This document shows, piece after piece, positions 52,621 to 60,760 of a DNA stretch of 64,000 bases (position 1 is its first letter; the number at the start of each line of letters is the position of its first letter). Position numbers and translations under genes: made by a program. Where the stretch lies: positions 35,122 through 99,121 of IMG/VR virus record IMGVR_UViG_3300037419_002054; one strand, 5' to 3'. This DNA comes from a virus. Its lineage: Duplodnaviria; Heunggongvirae; Uroviricota; Caudoviricetes. Below the pieces are notes generated by a model. The model was not told the origin of the DNA and made no database searches. It was given only the letters and a program-made list of their open reading frames with translations.

Positions 52621-53036
52621 GCGTCCACCCCCTGGAAGAGGAGGCCCAGGGCCGTAAGGCGTCGCACGTCGTCCGCGGTGATACCGCTCTCGGCCGGGAG
52701 CGTACGGAGCCGGCCGACGAGCTCCGCGAGGTACTCGGCCGTGGTCCCCGGCTCCTCCTCCGGGGCCTGATCCCCGCGCGGGCGCTCGCACGAGTTGCAA
52801 ACGTCATCGGGATAGAGCCGCACGCAGAGGTTGCGGTAGCCGCAGGCGCTGCACTCCCACTCCGCGCCCCCTCCCGCGGGGCGCTGCCGGATATCGACCA
52901 CGTGGGCCGCGTCCGCCCCGATCTCGTCCCGGACCCACCCGAGGACCCGGGCGATGGCGTGGTAGGGGTCGTTCGCGGACTCCTGACGGGCGAACGGGAC
53001 GATAGCGATCCCCGATACTACGCGTTCGAGCGACAA
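52617..53036 (-). CDS. hypothetical protein with CSACGY..CNSCERP zinc-ribbon (139 aa, TTG start)
   Basis: Downstream of the cassette promoter at 53083-53111. Confidence 0.45.
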   Translation of the reverse strand: MSLERVVSGIAIVPFARQESANDPYHAIARVLGWVRDEIGADAAHVVDIRQRPAGGGAEWECSACGYRNLCVRLYPDDVCNSCERPRGDQAPEEEPGTTAEYLAELVGRLRTLPAESGITADDVRRLTALGLLFQGVDA

Positions 53037-53082
53037 GGTGCACCTCCTGCGGGTAAGGGGTAGGACTGCTCAACCTGTGAGG

Positions 53083-53111
53083 ATAATACACGGCACCCAA
53101 CCCCGCGTCAA
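53083..53111 (-). promoter_or_regulatory. cassette promoter (minus) preceded by a separate terminator hairpin
   Basis: TTGACG-17-TATTAT. Upstream (minus) GGGGAGGGGCC...GGCTCCTCCCC hairpin at 53117-53143, then UUUCUG. Confidence 0.6.
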
Positions 53112-53171
53112 CAGAAAGGGGAGGAGCCTCTCGGCCCCTCCCCCTCCCTTCGGTTCAGCCTCGCTCCGCGC

Positions 53172-53864
53172 TCAGCGGTGCGTGGTATCCCTCGAGGCCG
53201 CCACGGTGCCGTCGGCCGGCGCGCCGAAGTCGATGGCCTCCTCCTTCCCCGTCTCGAAGGAGTGCAGCGTTCGGTCGTCGAGCACCTGCGTACGGATCAT
53301 CTGCAGCGCGGCCTCGCCGGTGACGAACCCGTCGCCCTTGCGCACCCGGAGGACGTTGCTGGGGAAGTACATCTTCACGAAGAACGGGCGGATCACGCCG
53401 TCGTTCGTCCACGCGTCGTACACGGCCACCCGCTGCGCCAGCTCGTCCTGCTTGTTCTTGAACTCGGTACGGCCGGCGCTGATCGCGTCGAAGAGCCGGT
53501 CCTGGGCCTTGGCGAGCTGCGACAGGTCCGGGTACGCCTCGCGCATCGCGGAGATCAGCTGGCCGTTGCTCTGGAAGCCGCCGGTGCCGTACCGCCCCTG
53601 CACCGCGTCGCGCAACACGGTGTCGAGCTGGGCGCTCTGGACCCGGACGATGCCGGCCTGCTCCTTCACCGTCTTCACGTAGGTCGAGAGCGCGTTCTGG
53701 TTGGCCGTGTACTGCGCCGCCAGCTGCGTCTCCTGCCGGATTCCCTCCCGCTTGACGCTTCCGACGTAGCCGAAGGCGCCCACCAGGAGGACGACGACCG
53801 CCGCGAGGGCGATCCCGCCGATCGCGAGGCAGCCGAGGCCCGCGGCCTTGCCCGTGTTGCTCAT
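53172..53864 (-). CDS. LemA-family-like membrane protein (about 230 aa)
   Basis: ATG 53862-53864 (MSNTGKAAGLGCLAIGGIALAAVVVLLVGAF): single N-terminal TM followed by a Gln/Ala-rich soluble domain, typical of LemA. Confidence 0.45.
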   Translation of the reverse strand: MSNTGKAAGLGCLAIGGIALAAVVVLLVGAFGYVGSVKREGIRQETQLAAQYTANQNALSTYVKTVKEQAGIVRVQSAQLDTVLRDAVQGRYGTGGFQSNGQLISAMREAYPDLSQLAKAQDRLFDAISAGRTEFKNKQDELAQRVAVYDAWTNDGVIRPFFVKMYFPSNVLRVRKGDGFVTGEAALQMIRTQVLDDRTLHSFETGKEEAIDFGAPADGTVAASRDTTHR

Positions 53865-53895
53865 TCTGTTGATCCCCGAGGGATGGAGGGTTTGC

Positions 53896-55323
53896 CTACC
53901 GCAGCCCGCGGTAGGGACGGAACGCCGGGACGGAGGAGTACCGCCGCCGGTTGGGCTCACCGAAGAACGCCGCGCCGCCCCAGGCGACGAGCGAGCCCGC
54001 GAGAGCAATGAGGAAGATCCAGACCTTCGCCTTCGTGGACGGCTGGATCTCTCCCTTCAGGTACAGGTAGCCCCCGCCGTGGGAGTCTCCGTTCATACTG
54101 ACCCGGGCGAACCGCGTGGCGGGGTTCTCGAGGCCGAAGACGACGGACTCGATCACGCCGTTCCCGTGGAGGGAGGTCACGGCCTGCCCGCGGATCTGTC
54201 CGCGTACGGAACCCACCACGGCCTCCGGGGTGAGCGGAGTACCCGCAAGCCGGCGGTTGAGCACCGTCGTCATCAACTCGTTGCCGGAGGGCATCCCGGT
54301 CACGGCTCGGCCCCACGCGGCGGTCTTCCCGTCCAGCGTACCCACGGCCACGATGATGGTGTTCTTCGCCGCCGTGTTCCGGTCGAACGCGGTCACGTCC
54401 TGCCAGCGGGCCTTCAGTGCCATGATGTAGGCGTCCGCGTTCGGGACCTTCTTCGCGTCCACGAGGACGAGGAGGAGATCCCCGCGGAGCTCGTTGCCGA
54501 GTGCTGCGTTCAGCTTGCCCACCGCGTCCTGCCACGCCCGCGCGTTGGGCGGCACGAACCCGGCGAACACCACCTTGTCCGAGAGGTAGTGCGAGTAGAT
54601 GTTGCTCGGGACCGCGGGCAGCAGCTGCCGGGAGAGGAACGAGTTCACGTCCGAACTGCGCTCCTGTAGGATCGTGCCGTCCGAGGCGAGGATGTAGTTC
54701 TTGTAAGTCGCTCGCTTCACGACGGGTCCGGGGTTCCCGGAGAGGACCCGCTCGCGCGCCTGGGACCAGAACGCGGGGTAGCCCGTACCGGCGTTCGAGA
54801 TCACGCTGGAGGGGAGATCCTCGCCGCGCTCCGGCTCCCACCTCTCGCTGTGCGGGTTGGCCGGGAAGCGGCCGGAGTCGATCAGGTACTCGCCCAGGGT
54901 CGTCTGCACGTAGTACGCCCACTCGGTCCGGACGTACGGGCAGTGATGGTACTCGGTCGTGTAGTACGTCGTGCACGAGCGGGTCTTCCCGCTCCCCGAG
55001 CAGGAGGTGTGCGAAACGAGGTACGGATCGCAGTTGTAGCAGTGCTGACAGCTGCCGTCCCGGGTGCAGTTCGTCGGCACCGCCCGGACGCCGGACTCCC
55101 ACCCGTTGTGGAACTCGTTGAACGTCAGCTTGGCGTCCACCGCCGTCTTCCAGCCCAGGCCCACGCTCAACGGGACGATGAGGAGGGAGATGGCAAGGCC
55201 GTAGCCGAGCAGCTCCGCGCGGGAGATCTGCAGGCCGTGCTCGGGGTGCGTGTCGAGGTACCACTTGAGCGCGGCGCCGGCCCCGAAGGCGGCGACGAGG
55301 GACCAGAATCCGATGACCCACAT
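53896..55323 (-). CDS. large membrane protein (about 475 aa) with N- and C-terminal TM helices and a Cys-rich ectodomain segment; possible TPM-like partner of LemA
   Basis: ATG 55321-55323 (MWVIGFWSLVAAFGAGAAL). Cys cluster NCTRDGSCQHCYNCDPY...CSGSGKTRSCTTYYTTEYHHCPY. C-terminal TM VWIFLIALAGSLVAWGGAAFFG. Confidence 0.45.
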   Translation of the reverse strand: MWVIGFWSLVAAFGAGAALKWYLDTHPEHGLQISRAELLGYGLAISLLIVPLSVGLGWKTAVDAKLTFNEFHNGWESGVRAVPTNCTRDGSCQHCYNCDPYLVSHTSCSGSGKTRSCTTYYTTEYHHCPYVRTEWAYYVQTTLGEYLIDSGRFPANPHSERWEPERGEDLPSSVISNAGTGYPAFWSQARERVLSGNPGPVVKRATYKNYILASDGTILQERSSDVNSFLSRQLLPAVPSNIYSHYLSDKVVFAGFVPPNARAWQDAVGKLNAALGNELRGDLLLVLVDAKKVPNADAYIMALKARWQDVTAFDRNTAAKNTIIVAVGTLDGKTAAWGRAVTGMPSGNELMTTVLNRRLAGTPLTPEAVVGSVRGQIRGQAVTSLHGNGVIESVVFGLENPATRFARVSMNGDSHGGGYLYLKGEIQPSTKAKVWIFLIALAGSLVAWGGAAFFGEPNRRRYSSVPAFRPYRGLR

Positions 55324-55384
55324 AAGGCTGTGTCCGGGGGAAAGGGATGGAGGGAACCGGCGGCTAAGTGCTCCGCCGGTCCCG

Positions 55385-55795
55385 TCACTGTTCGTCCTTC
55401 GCGGCCGCGATCCGCTCAACGGTGAGGAGGAGGTCAAGGAGGGCCTGCAGCTCCGGTTGCCACGCCCAGTCCTCCAGCGCCGGCTCCATCGCCTCCAGGA
55501 GCTCGTTTAGCGCCTCGCGGACCTTCTCCTGCATGATCTCTCCGGCCTGCTCCAGCGCGTAGCGGATGAGCGCGGCGCACGCCTCGTCCCGCATCCTCTC
55601 GCAGAACTCGAAGGCGTCGCCGCCCGGCGCGAAGCCCGAGGGCCGGTAGGTGAGGACCGCCCACTGCTTCTCCACCACACGGTCCGCCATCCGCCGCGCC
55701 CGGCCGCTGAGCGTGGAGGCGTGCCGGGTGAGGAACGGCCGGTACTCCCGCGGGAGCCGGGCGCGGAGTACCGGGGAGCAGAACGGGTCCAGCAT
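55385..55795 (-). CDS. hypothetical protein (136 aa)
   Basis: ATG 55793-55795 (MLDPFCSPVL). Confidence 0.4.
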   Translation of the reverse strand: MLDPFCSPVLRARLPREYRPFLTRHASTLSGRARRMADRVVEKQWAVLTYRPSGFAPGGDAFEFCERMRDEACAALIRYALEQAGEIMQEKVREALNELLEAMEPALEDWAWQPELQALLDLLLTVERIAAAKDEQ

Positions 55796-55796
55796 C

Positions 55797-55961
55797 TCAG
55801 TAGTCCTGACGCTCGCGGACCTTCCGGTCCTCCTCAAGCCGGTGCTCGACGGCGTCGTTGAACGCGTCCTCGAGGGCCACGCGTTGCTCGACCGTGAGGC
55901 CGCCGACGGCGTCCGCCAGCAGCTTCACGAACTTCTCGGTGGGGGTCAGTTCCACCAGCAT
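55797..55961 (-). CDS. hypothetical small protein (54 aa)
   Basis: Not in the ORF track. Verified translation MLVELTPTEKFVKLLADAVGGLTVEQRVALEDAFNDAVEHRLEEDRKVRERQDY. Downstream of the cassette promoter at 56006-56034. Confidence 0.4.
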   Translation of the reverse strand: MLVELTPTEKFVKLLADAVGGLTVEQRVALEDAFNDAVEHRLEEDRKVRERQDY

Positions 55962-56005
55962 CTTGTCCTCCCGGGTGCGGGGGTGCGCTCTCTCAACCGT
56001 GGAGA

Positions 56006-56034
56006 ATAGTACACGAATCCCCCGGACTGGTCAA
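56006..56034 (-). promoter_or_regulatory. cassette promoter (minus) with covarying hairpin
   Basis: TTGACC-17-TACTAT. Arms GAATCCCCCGG / CGGGGGATTC (56016-56055). Leader CTCCACGGTTGAGAGAGCGCACCC. Confidence 0.6.
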
Positions 56035-56075
56035 CACTTTCAGCTCGGGGGATTCGTCGTAGGGGTCGGTAGCGT

Positions 56076-56900
56076 CTACACCCTGATGGTGGGCGGTCCT
56101 CCCGCGGTGAGCCGCTCGATCCGGTTGGCGACCTCCTTCAGGTGCAGGGACAGCTCGGTGATCCGTCCGCCGCGGATGAAGGTGAACTTCCGCTCCCGGC
56201 AGAACGCCTCCACCTTGCTCACCGTCTCGCCACCCAGCCCCACCAGCGCCTCCAGCAGCTCGACGTTCGCCCGTACCTCGGACTCGCCGACGGTGGGCGG
56301 GAAGGTCTGCCCGTGTAGCTTCTCCATCGCCTCCACCTTCCGCTTGGAGACGTTGCCGCCCTCGCCGGCCTCGGCCAGCTTGGAGAGCCCGACGATCGAG
56401 ACGTCGACCTCGTAGCCCAGTTCCTGGGCGAGCGCGCGCTTGGCTTCCTTGGAGCCGCCGCGCTTCTTCCACACGTCGGTGAACTGCTGGATGAACGTAC
56501 GCAGCTGCTCGTTGCTGATTCCGGCGCGGGTACGCACGGAGGCGGTCGCGGTCACGGTCGGTTCCTCCTCGAGGGGAAGGGTCTGCTGGGGGACGGCGGG
56601 CTCGCCCACGATCAGGCGGCCGCAGTGGTAGTGCTCCCCGCGCTCGCGGATGCTCAGGAGGAGCTGGTAGAGCGACGGGTTCATCCGGCCACCGTTGTAC
56701 CCGGTCAGCCAGTTGCCGATGGCGCTGACGGAGACGCCCATACGCTTCGCGAGGCGCTCCTTGGCGACCGCTGGGCTGCGCTCGCCGCCGAACCGCTTGA
56801 GGACCACGATCAGCGTGCGAACGCGCTCCTCGAACGCAGCGCGGCCCTCCGGCGAGAGCGTCTGCAGGTCCTTGCTGCTTCCGTACTTGATCTCGGGCAT
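56076..56900 (-). CDS. helix-turn-helix DNA-binding protein (274 aa, two HTH-like segments); candidate transcriptional regulator
   Basis: LAKRMGVSVSAIGNWLTG and LAQELGYEVDVSIVGLSK resemble XRE-type HTH segments. Confidence 0.45.
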   Translation of the reverse strand: MPEIKYGSSKDLQTLSPEGRAAFEERVRTLIVVLKRFGGERSPAVAKERLAKRMGVSVSAIGNWLTGYNGGRMNPSLYQLLLSIRERGEHYHCGRLIVGEPAVPQQTLPLEEEPTVTATASVRTRAGISNEQLRTFIQQFTDVWKKRGGSKEAKRALAQELGYEVDVSIVGLSKLAEAGEGGNVSKRKVEAMEKLHGQTFPPTVGESEVRANVELLEALVGLGGETVSKVEAFCRERKFTFIRGGRITELSLHLKEVANRIERLTAGGPPTIRV

Positions 56901-56901
56901 C

Positions 56902-57462
56902 TCAGCCCCTCGTCTTGTGGATGCGGTAGCCCGCGGTGATATCGCTCGCCCGCAGGAAGCCGGCGGGCTCCGGGGCGTAGGGGTTGCCGTAGATGACCCG
57001 CTCCTCCTCCGAACGGAGCCAGGACTCGAGGCCGCTGGTGCCGTACATGATGGAGAGCCAGAGCGGGTGCTGCTTGGCGGCGCGGCGCTGGGGCGCGCTC
57101 ACCAGCTCCCAGCTCTCCAGTCCGTAGATCCTCTGCGCCGCCCGGTCCAGCCGGCGGTTGTTCTCCCGGTGGAGCATCAGCTCGGCGTAGGCGAACGGGT
57201 CCGTGCGGTATCGCAGCGCTTCCTCCACGGTGATCTCCCGTCCGATCGCGCGCATCCGGGCCATCTGCTCCTCGGCCTTGATGGCCGCCTCGAGCGTCGC
57301 CTGCAGCGCCCTCCCGAAGGAGGTCAGCGAGACCCCGAGGGCCTTCATCGCGTTCACCGCAGCCAGCGTCTTGCCGCACTGGTGCGCCGCCGAGATCACC
57401 GTCTCCCGGGAGGCGAATCGCCCGGTGGTGACGCCCACGAGGTTGAGTCCGTCTCTGTTCAT
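56902..57462 (-). CDS. hypothetical protein (186 aa)
   Basis: ORF. Confidence 0.45.
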   Translation of the reverse strand: MNRDGLNLVGVTTGRFASRETVISAAHQCGKTLAAVNAMKALGVSLTSFGRALQATLEAAIKAEEQMARMRAIGREITVEEALRYRTDPFAYAELMLHRENNRRLDRAAQRIYGLESWELVSAPQRRAAKQHPLWLSIMYGTSGLESWLRSEEERVIYGNPYAPEPAGFLRASDITAGYRIHKTRG

Positions 57463-57987
57463 TTACGCGTTGCGTGAGGGAACGAAGCGGGTCCCCTCGT
57501 TGGCGATGATGTTCAGCATGATCGCGCGCAGCCGGTCCCGCGCGTCCGGGTAGCGACGGAAGAAGCGCCGTGCGCGACTCTCCGGCCCCCGGTCGTTGTA
57601 GCCCTCGAAGGCGCGCTCGATCTTCTCGAGCTCGGCGGCCGGGAAGAAGCCCTGGGTGACGTCCTCGAAGTTGTAGAGCGCGTCCCCGTACGTGACGATG
57701 CCGAACCTCTCCGCGAGGTGCCCGCGCGCCAGCGTGAACGCGGCGACGAAGATGGCTCCCCAGGCGCACGCCTGCACCCGGCGCGTCCGCAGCAGCGAGG
57801 ACAGGTTGACGTAGGTCTGGCGGTCCCCGGGGAATTCGAGGTACACCCCCGTGCTCGCGTCGACCAGCCCGCGGTCGAGCTGGCGGACGACTTCCTGCGC
57901 GATCGCGACGCGGCGGAGATCTTCGTCGAGGGAGAGGAACTCGCTCTCGGCGAGCGGGAACAGCGGGGAGGACGAGCGGGTCTTCAT
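57463..57987 (-). CDS. hypothetical protein (174 aa)
   Basis: ORF. Confidence 0.45.
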   Translation of the reverse strand: MKTRSSSPLFPLAESEFLSLDEDLRRVAIAQEVVRQLDRGLVDASTGVYLEFPGDRQTYVNLSSLLRTRRVQACAWGAIFVAAFTLARGHLAERFGIVTYGDALYNFEDVTQGFFPAAELEKIERAFEGYNDRGPESRARRFFRRYPDARDRLRAIMLNIIANEGTRFVPSRNA

Positions 57988-58070
57988 CGGTGGCCTCCTG
58001 CGAGGGGGTCGGTCGGTGCTGAACCTCTGGACCCCCTCACCGTCGGCCGAGTCGTTCTCGGTGTTCGGCG

Positions 58071-58454
58071 TCAGATGCTGATGCCGAAGACCTGGAGCAC
58101 GCGGCGGAGCCAGCCCGGGGCCAGCGCCTTGTGCATGCCGGTCACGTTCACCACCTCGGGGTGGGCCGCCCGCAGCATCTCGTACGCCTCCAGCGCGCTC
58201 CCCGCGAGGCCGCGGTAGAACTGGAAGCGGGCGACGAAGCCCTGCCGCCGGGCCTCGGCCTCCTTCACCGCGCTGACGCGCTGCTCGATGGCGGCGCGGA
58301 TCGGGGCCGTGTCCTCGGGGCTGAAGCCGAAGCCCTCGGCGGTCTCGATCAGCGGCAGGCCCTTCTTCGCGGCCTGGAAGTTGATGTGCGCCTGCACCTC
58401 GTCCGCGGTCAGGTCCAGCACCTGCGCGTCCGTCAGCTTCTCGAACTGGATCAA
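58071..58454 (-). CDS. hypothetical protein (127 aa, TTG start)
   Basis: ORF with an AAGGAG SD. Confidence 0.45.
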   Translation of the reverse strand: MIQFEKLTDAQVLDLTADEVQAHINFQAAKKGLPLIETAEGFGFSPEDTAPIRAAIEQRVSAVKEAEARRQGFVARFQFYRGLAGSALEAYEMLRAAHPEVVNVTGMHKALAPGWLRRVLQVFGISI

Positions 58455-58489
58455 CTGCGCTCCTTGGGAAGAGGGAGAAAGAGAAAGGG

Positions 58490-58513
58490 GAGCGACCTCT
58501 GCTGGTCGCTCCC
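58490..58513 (-). terminator. intrinsic terminator after gene 58546..58830
   Basis: GGAGCGACC-TCTGCT-GGTCGCTCC followed by a pyrimidine/U-rich tract on the minus transcript. Confidence 0.5.
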
Positions 58514-58524
58514 CTGAAGTGTCA

Positions 58525-58538
58525 CCCCCCCCCCCCCC
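58525..58538. repeat. C14/G14 homopolymer tract
   Basis: 14 consecutive C on the plus strand (poly-G in the minus transcript 3'UTR), between the stop at 58546 and the terminator hairpin. Confidence 0.9.
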
Positions 58539-58545
58539 TCCGTGT

Positions 58546-58830
58546 TCATGCCTCCGGGGCGAGGGAGGTGGGCGCCGACTTGACCCGCGTCCCCATCCGC
58601 ACCCGCACGATGTTCACCCCGTGCCCCTCCTTCGCGCGGTACGCCTTCCAGTCCGGGCGGTCGTTGATCCACCCGCGGGCGCCGGCGATGGTCCCCCAGG
58701 TCTTCGCGTCCTCCACATAGGTGGACAGCTCCCCCTCCATGTGCATCCCGACCTGACGGGAGACGTAGCGCGGGGCGTTCGGGACCTGCGGGAAGACGAC
58801 CTGGATGGCGTAGCGGAAGGTCTCGGTCAT
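58546..58830 (-). CDS. hypothetical protein (94 aa)
   Basis: Downstream of the cassette promoter at 58875-58903. Its 3'UTR contains a G14 tract and a terminator. Confidence 0.5.
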   Translation of the reverse strand: MTETFRYAIQVVFPQVPNAPRYVSRQVGMHMEGELSTYVEDAKTWGTIAGARGWINDRPDWKAYRAKEGHGVNIVRVRMGTRVKSAPTSLAPEA

Positions 58831-58874
58831 CGTTGGATTCTCCGTTGGGGGTGCGCTCTCTCAACCTGGGGAGA

Positions 58875-58903
58875 ATAATACACGCATCCCCTCCATTGGT
58901 CAA
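58875..58903 (-). promoter_or_regulatory. cassette promoter (minus) with covarying hairpin
   Basis: TTGACC-17-TATTAT. Perfect 11-bp arms GCATCCCCTCC / GGAGGGGATGC (58884-58926). Confidence 0.65.
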
Positions 58904-58947
58904 CACTTTCTGACGGAGGGGATGCGCTATCCGACCGGGCAGGGAGC

Positions 58948-59265
58948 TCAGCGCTTCAGGCGGACCATGCCGAGCTTCTCCGCGGTGCAGTACGCGTCCT
59001 TATCGGGGACCGAATCCCAGCCTCCCTCCGGCGGGAAGTAGGTGATGGATCCCATCTCGTTGACCTGGGTTCCCTCCGGCACGCGCATGAAGAAGACCTT
59101 GTCGCCTTCCCCGGCGCCCTCCCGCCGGCACGCCTTGAGCGCGTCGACCCCGGTCTTCCCGCGGCCCCACACGTAGGGACCCACCGCGAGGATGATCTTC
59201 CCCTCGCCGCCCTCCAGCGCGCGGGCGGCCTGCAGCGTGATGCTCTTGAAGTCCTTGGCTTCCAT
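58948..59265 (-). CDS. hypothetical protein (105 aa)
   Basis: ATG 59263-59265 (MEAKDFKSITL), GGGAG SD. Follows the terminator at 59296-59316. Confidence 0.45.
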   Translation of the reverse strand: MEAKDFKSITLQAARALEGGEGKIILAVGPYVWGRGKTGVDALKACRREGAGEGDKVFFMRVPEGTQVNEMGSITYFPPEGGWDSVPDKDAYCTAEKLGMVRLKR

Positions 59266-59295
59266 CGGGTCGTCTCCCTTGGGAAAGGAAGTGAA

Positions 59296-59316
59296 GGCCC
59301 CCGCCGGAGCGGGGGC
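59296..59316. terminator. hairpin terminator
   Basis: GGCCCCCGC-CGGA-GCGGGGGCC. Confidence 0.45.
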
Positions 59317-59324
59317 CAGGGAAC

Positions 59325-59834
59325 TCAGGCCGCGAACATCTTCTTGTAGGCCGCGGCCGAGATGAACTTGCGGTCCACGTAGATCCGCGCGGGGAACTGG
59401 TGGAAGAGCGTCCCCTGCCCGGAGACGTTCAGGATCATCTGCTGCTCGATCTCCACGTTGCGGCCGGCGCGGGTGCCCGTGATCCGGAAGCTCACCCCGT
59501 CCATCCGGTGCACGGTGCCGGTCTCCAGCTCGCCGATCTTCTCCTCGATCTTGCCCACCCACGCCTCCACCACCTGCTGCGCGTACTCCTCCGAGACCCG
59601 CGTGAGCTTCGCCTCGTTCAGGCTCTTGGTCTGGTCGGTGGAGGAGGCCGAGACGAGGAACTGGCTGACGGTGTTCCGCAGGGGCTTGGCGAACCGGAAG
59701 CTGTTGTAGATGCCCTTCAGCTCGGGGCCGTGCGCGGCGACCATATCGGCGAAGAGACCGCGGACGATCGCGACGTAGCGGGCGGCGATCTGCGGCTTGT
59801 ACTCGTTCATCGCGGCGGCGAGGGAGGCGTGCAT
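59325..59834 (-). CDS. hypothetical protein (169 aa)
   Basis: ATG 59832-59834, downstream of the cassette promoter at 59880-59908. Confidence 0.45.
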   Translation of the reverse strand: MHASLAAAMNEYKPQIAARYVAIVRGLFADMVAAHGPELKGIYNSFRFAKPLRNTVSQFLVSASSTDQTKSLNEAKLTRVSEEYAQQVVEAWVGKIEEKIGELETGTVHRMDGVSFRITGTRAGRNVEIEQQMILNVSGQGTLFHQFPARIYVDRKFISAAAYKKMFAA

Positions 59835-59879
59835 CTTCGGTTCTCCGTGGGCTTGGGTGTGTCCGCTCAACCTGTATCT

Positions 59880-59908
59880 AATATACAACGATCCCCCGCC
59901 GTGGTCAA
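59880..59908 (-). promoter_or_regulatory. cassette promoter (minus) with covarying hairpin
   Basis: TTGACC-17-TATATT. Arms GATCCCCCGCCG / CGACGGGGGATC (59891-59928). Confidence 0.6.
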
Positions 59909-59948
59909 CACCTTTCGACGGGGGATCTTTTTGATCGGTCCAGCGGGG

Positions 59949-60414
59949 TCAGTGACCGAGGCGCCTGACGTTCTCCTTCCGCGGCACCCACACCACCTCC
60001 ACCTCCACTCCCTGCTCCTCGAGGTGGTCCCCGATCTTCCGGGCCTTCTCCCACAGCGCGTCCAGCGCCTTGTCCTTCACCTGCCAGCGCAGGTTGAACT
60101 GGTTGACGATGAGCTGGCTGTCGGAGTGGACACGGACCTTCGTGTACTCCTTCCCGGCCAGCTCCTCGATCTCGCTGAGCCGGGTGAGCGGCGCGGTTGC
60201 CGGGTTGATGAAGAGCGCGGCCTGGGTGAGGCCGTCGATCAGGGCCATGTACTCGGCCGGATTGTTGGTCTTGTACCGCGGGTTCTGCGCGTAGACGACG
60301 ACCCGGGAGTCGTCCTTCGCGATGTCAACACCTACCGACCAGTAGATGGCGGAGCCGGGGTTGCCACCCACGACCCCGCCGTCGACGTAGAGGTACAGCG
60401 TGCTCGGGTCCATC
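59949..60414 (-). CDS. RNase H (RNase HI-like, about 154 aa)
   Basis: MDPSTLYLYVDGG...AEYMALIDGL...VHSDSQLIVNQ are canonical RNase H motifs (DGG, E, D). Confidence 0.65.
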
Positions 60415-60511
60415 ACGGCCTCGGGCTGAGGAGGAGTGTGCTTGCGTCGGCGACGGGTCTTCGCCGAGTGATGTGGGGAGAAGTGCCCGCCCCGCGCGTC
60501 CCTCCGGGAGG

Positions 60512-60760
60512 TCACGAGCCCTCGACGGGGTCGAGCTCGATGAGGACGCAGGGGAACTCGGGGTCGCTTTCGTCGACCCGGGCCCACCCGACCCGAGAGC
60601 CCTCCCACGTCACGGGTACAGGCTCGGCCTCCTTGAACGCCGAGACGTACACCGCGCGGGGGAGGACGGAGCCGCCGAGGGGCAGCTCCTCCGGGATCAG
60701 GGACGTCAGCGTGCGGGGCAGCTGACTCGGTTGTTCCTGCAGCCGGACTTCGTTGTTCAT
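60512..60760 (-). CDS. hypothetical protein (82 aa)
   Basis: ORF. Confidence 0.4.
   Translation of the reverse strand: MNNEVRLQEQPSQLPRTLTSLIPEELPLGGSVLPRAVYVSAFKEAEPVPVTWEGSRVGWARVDESDPEFPCVLIELDPVEGS

Noticed and set aside
47042-58906. ORF-track proteins beginning MLTPGGDSCIILPRLRERT... or MLTIGEDSCIILPW... (47629, 48603, 50763, 51799, 58906) and MGACIFLHRLRERTHYPNG (52365).
   Set aside because: These are translations of the conserved promoter/leader repeat read through in one frame. The real gene starts are the ATG or GTG downstream of the GGAG SD, about 40 nt after the -10 box.
47575-59930. Possibility that the repeated about 75-bp elements form a CRISPR array or MITE-like transposon copies.
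   Set aside because: Spacing between copies is 0.6-3 kb and contains protein-coding genes. The repeats are not direct repeats flanking short spacers, there are no terminal inverted repeats or target-site duplications, and their internal architecture is promoter-like.
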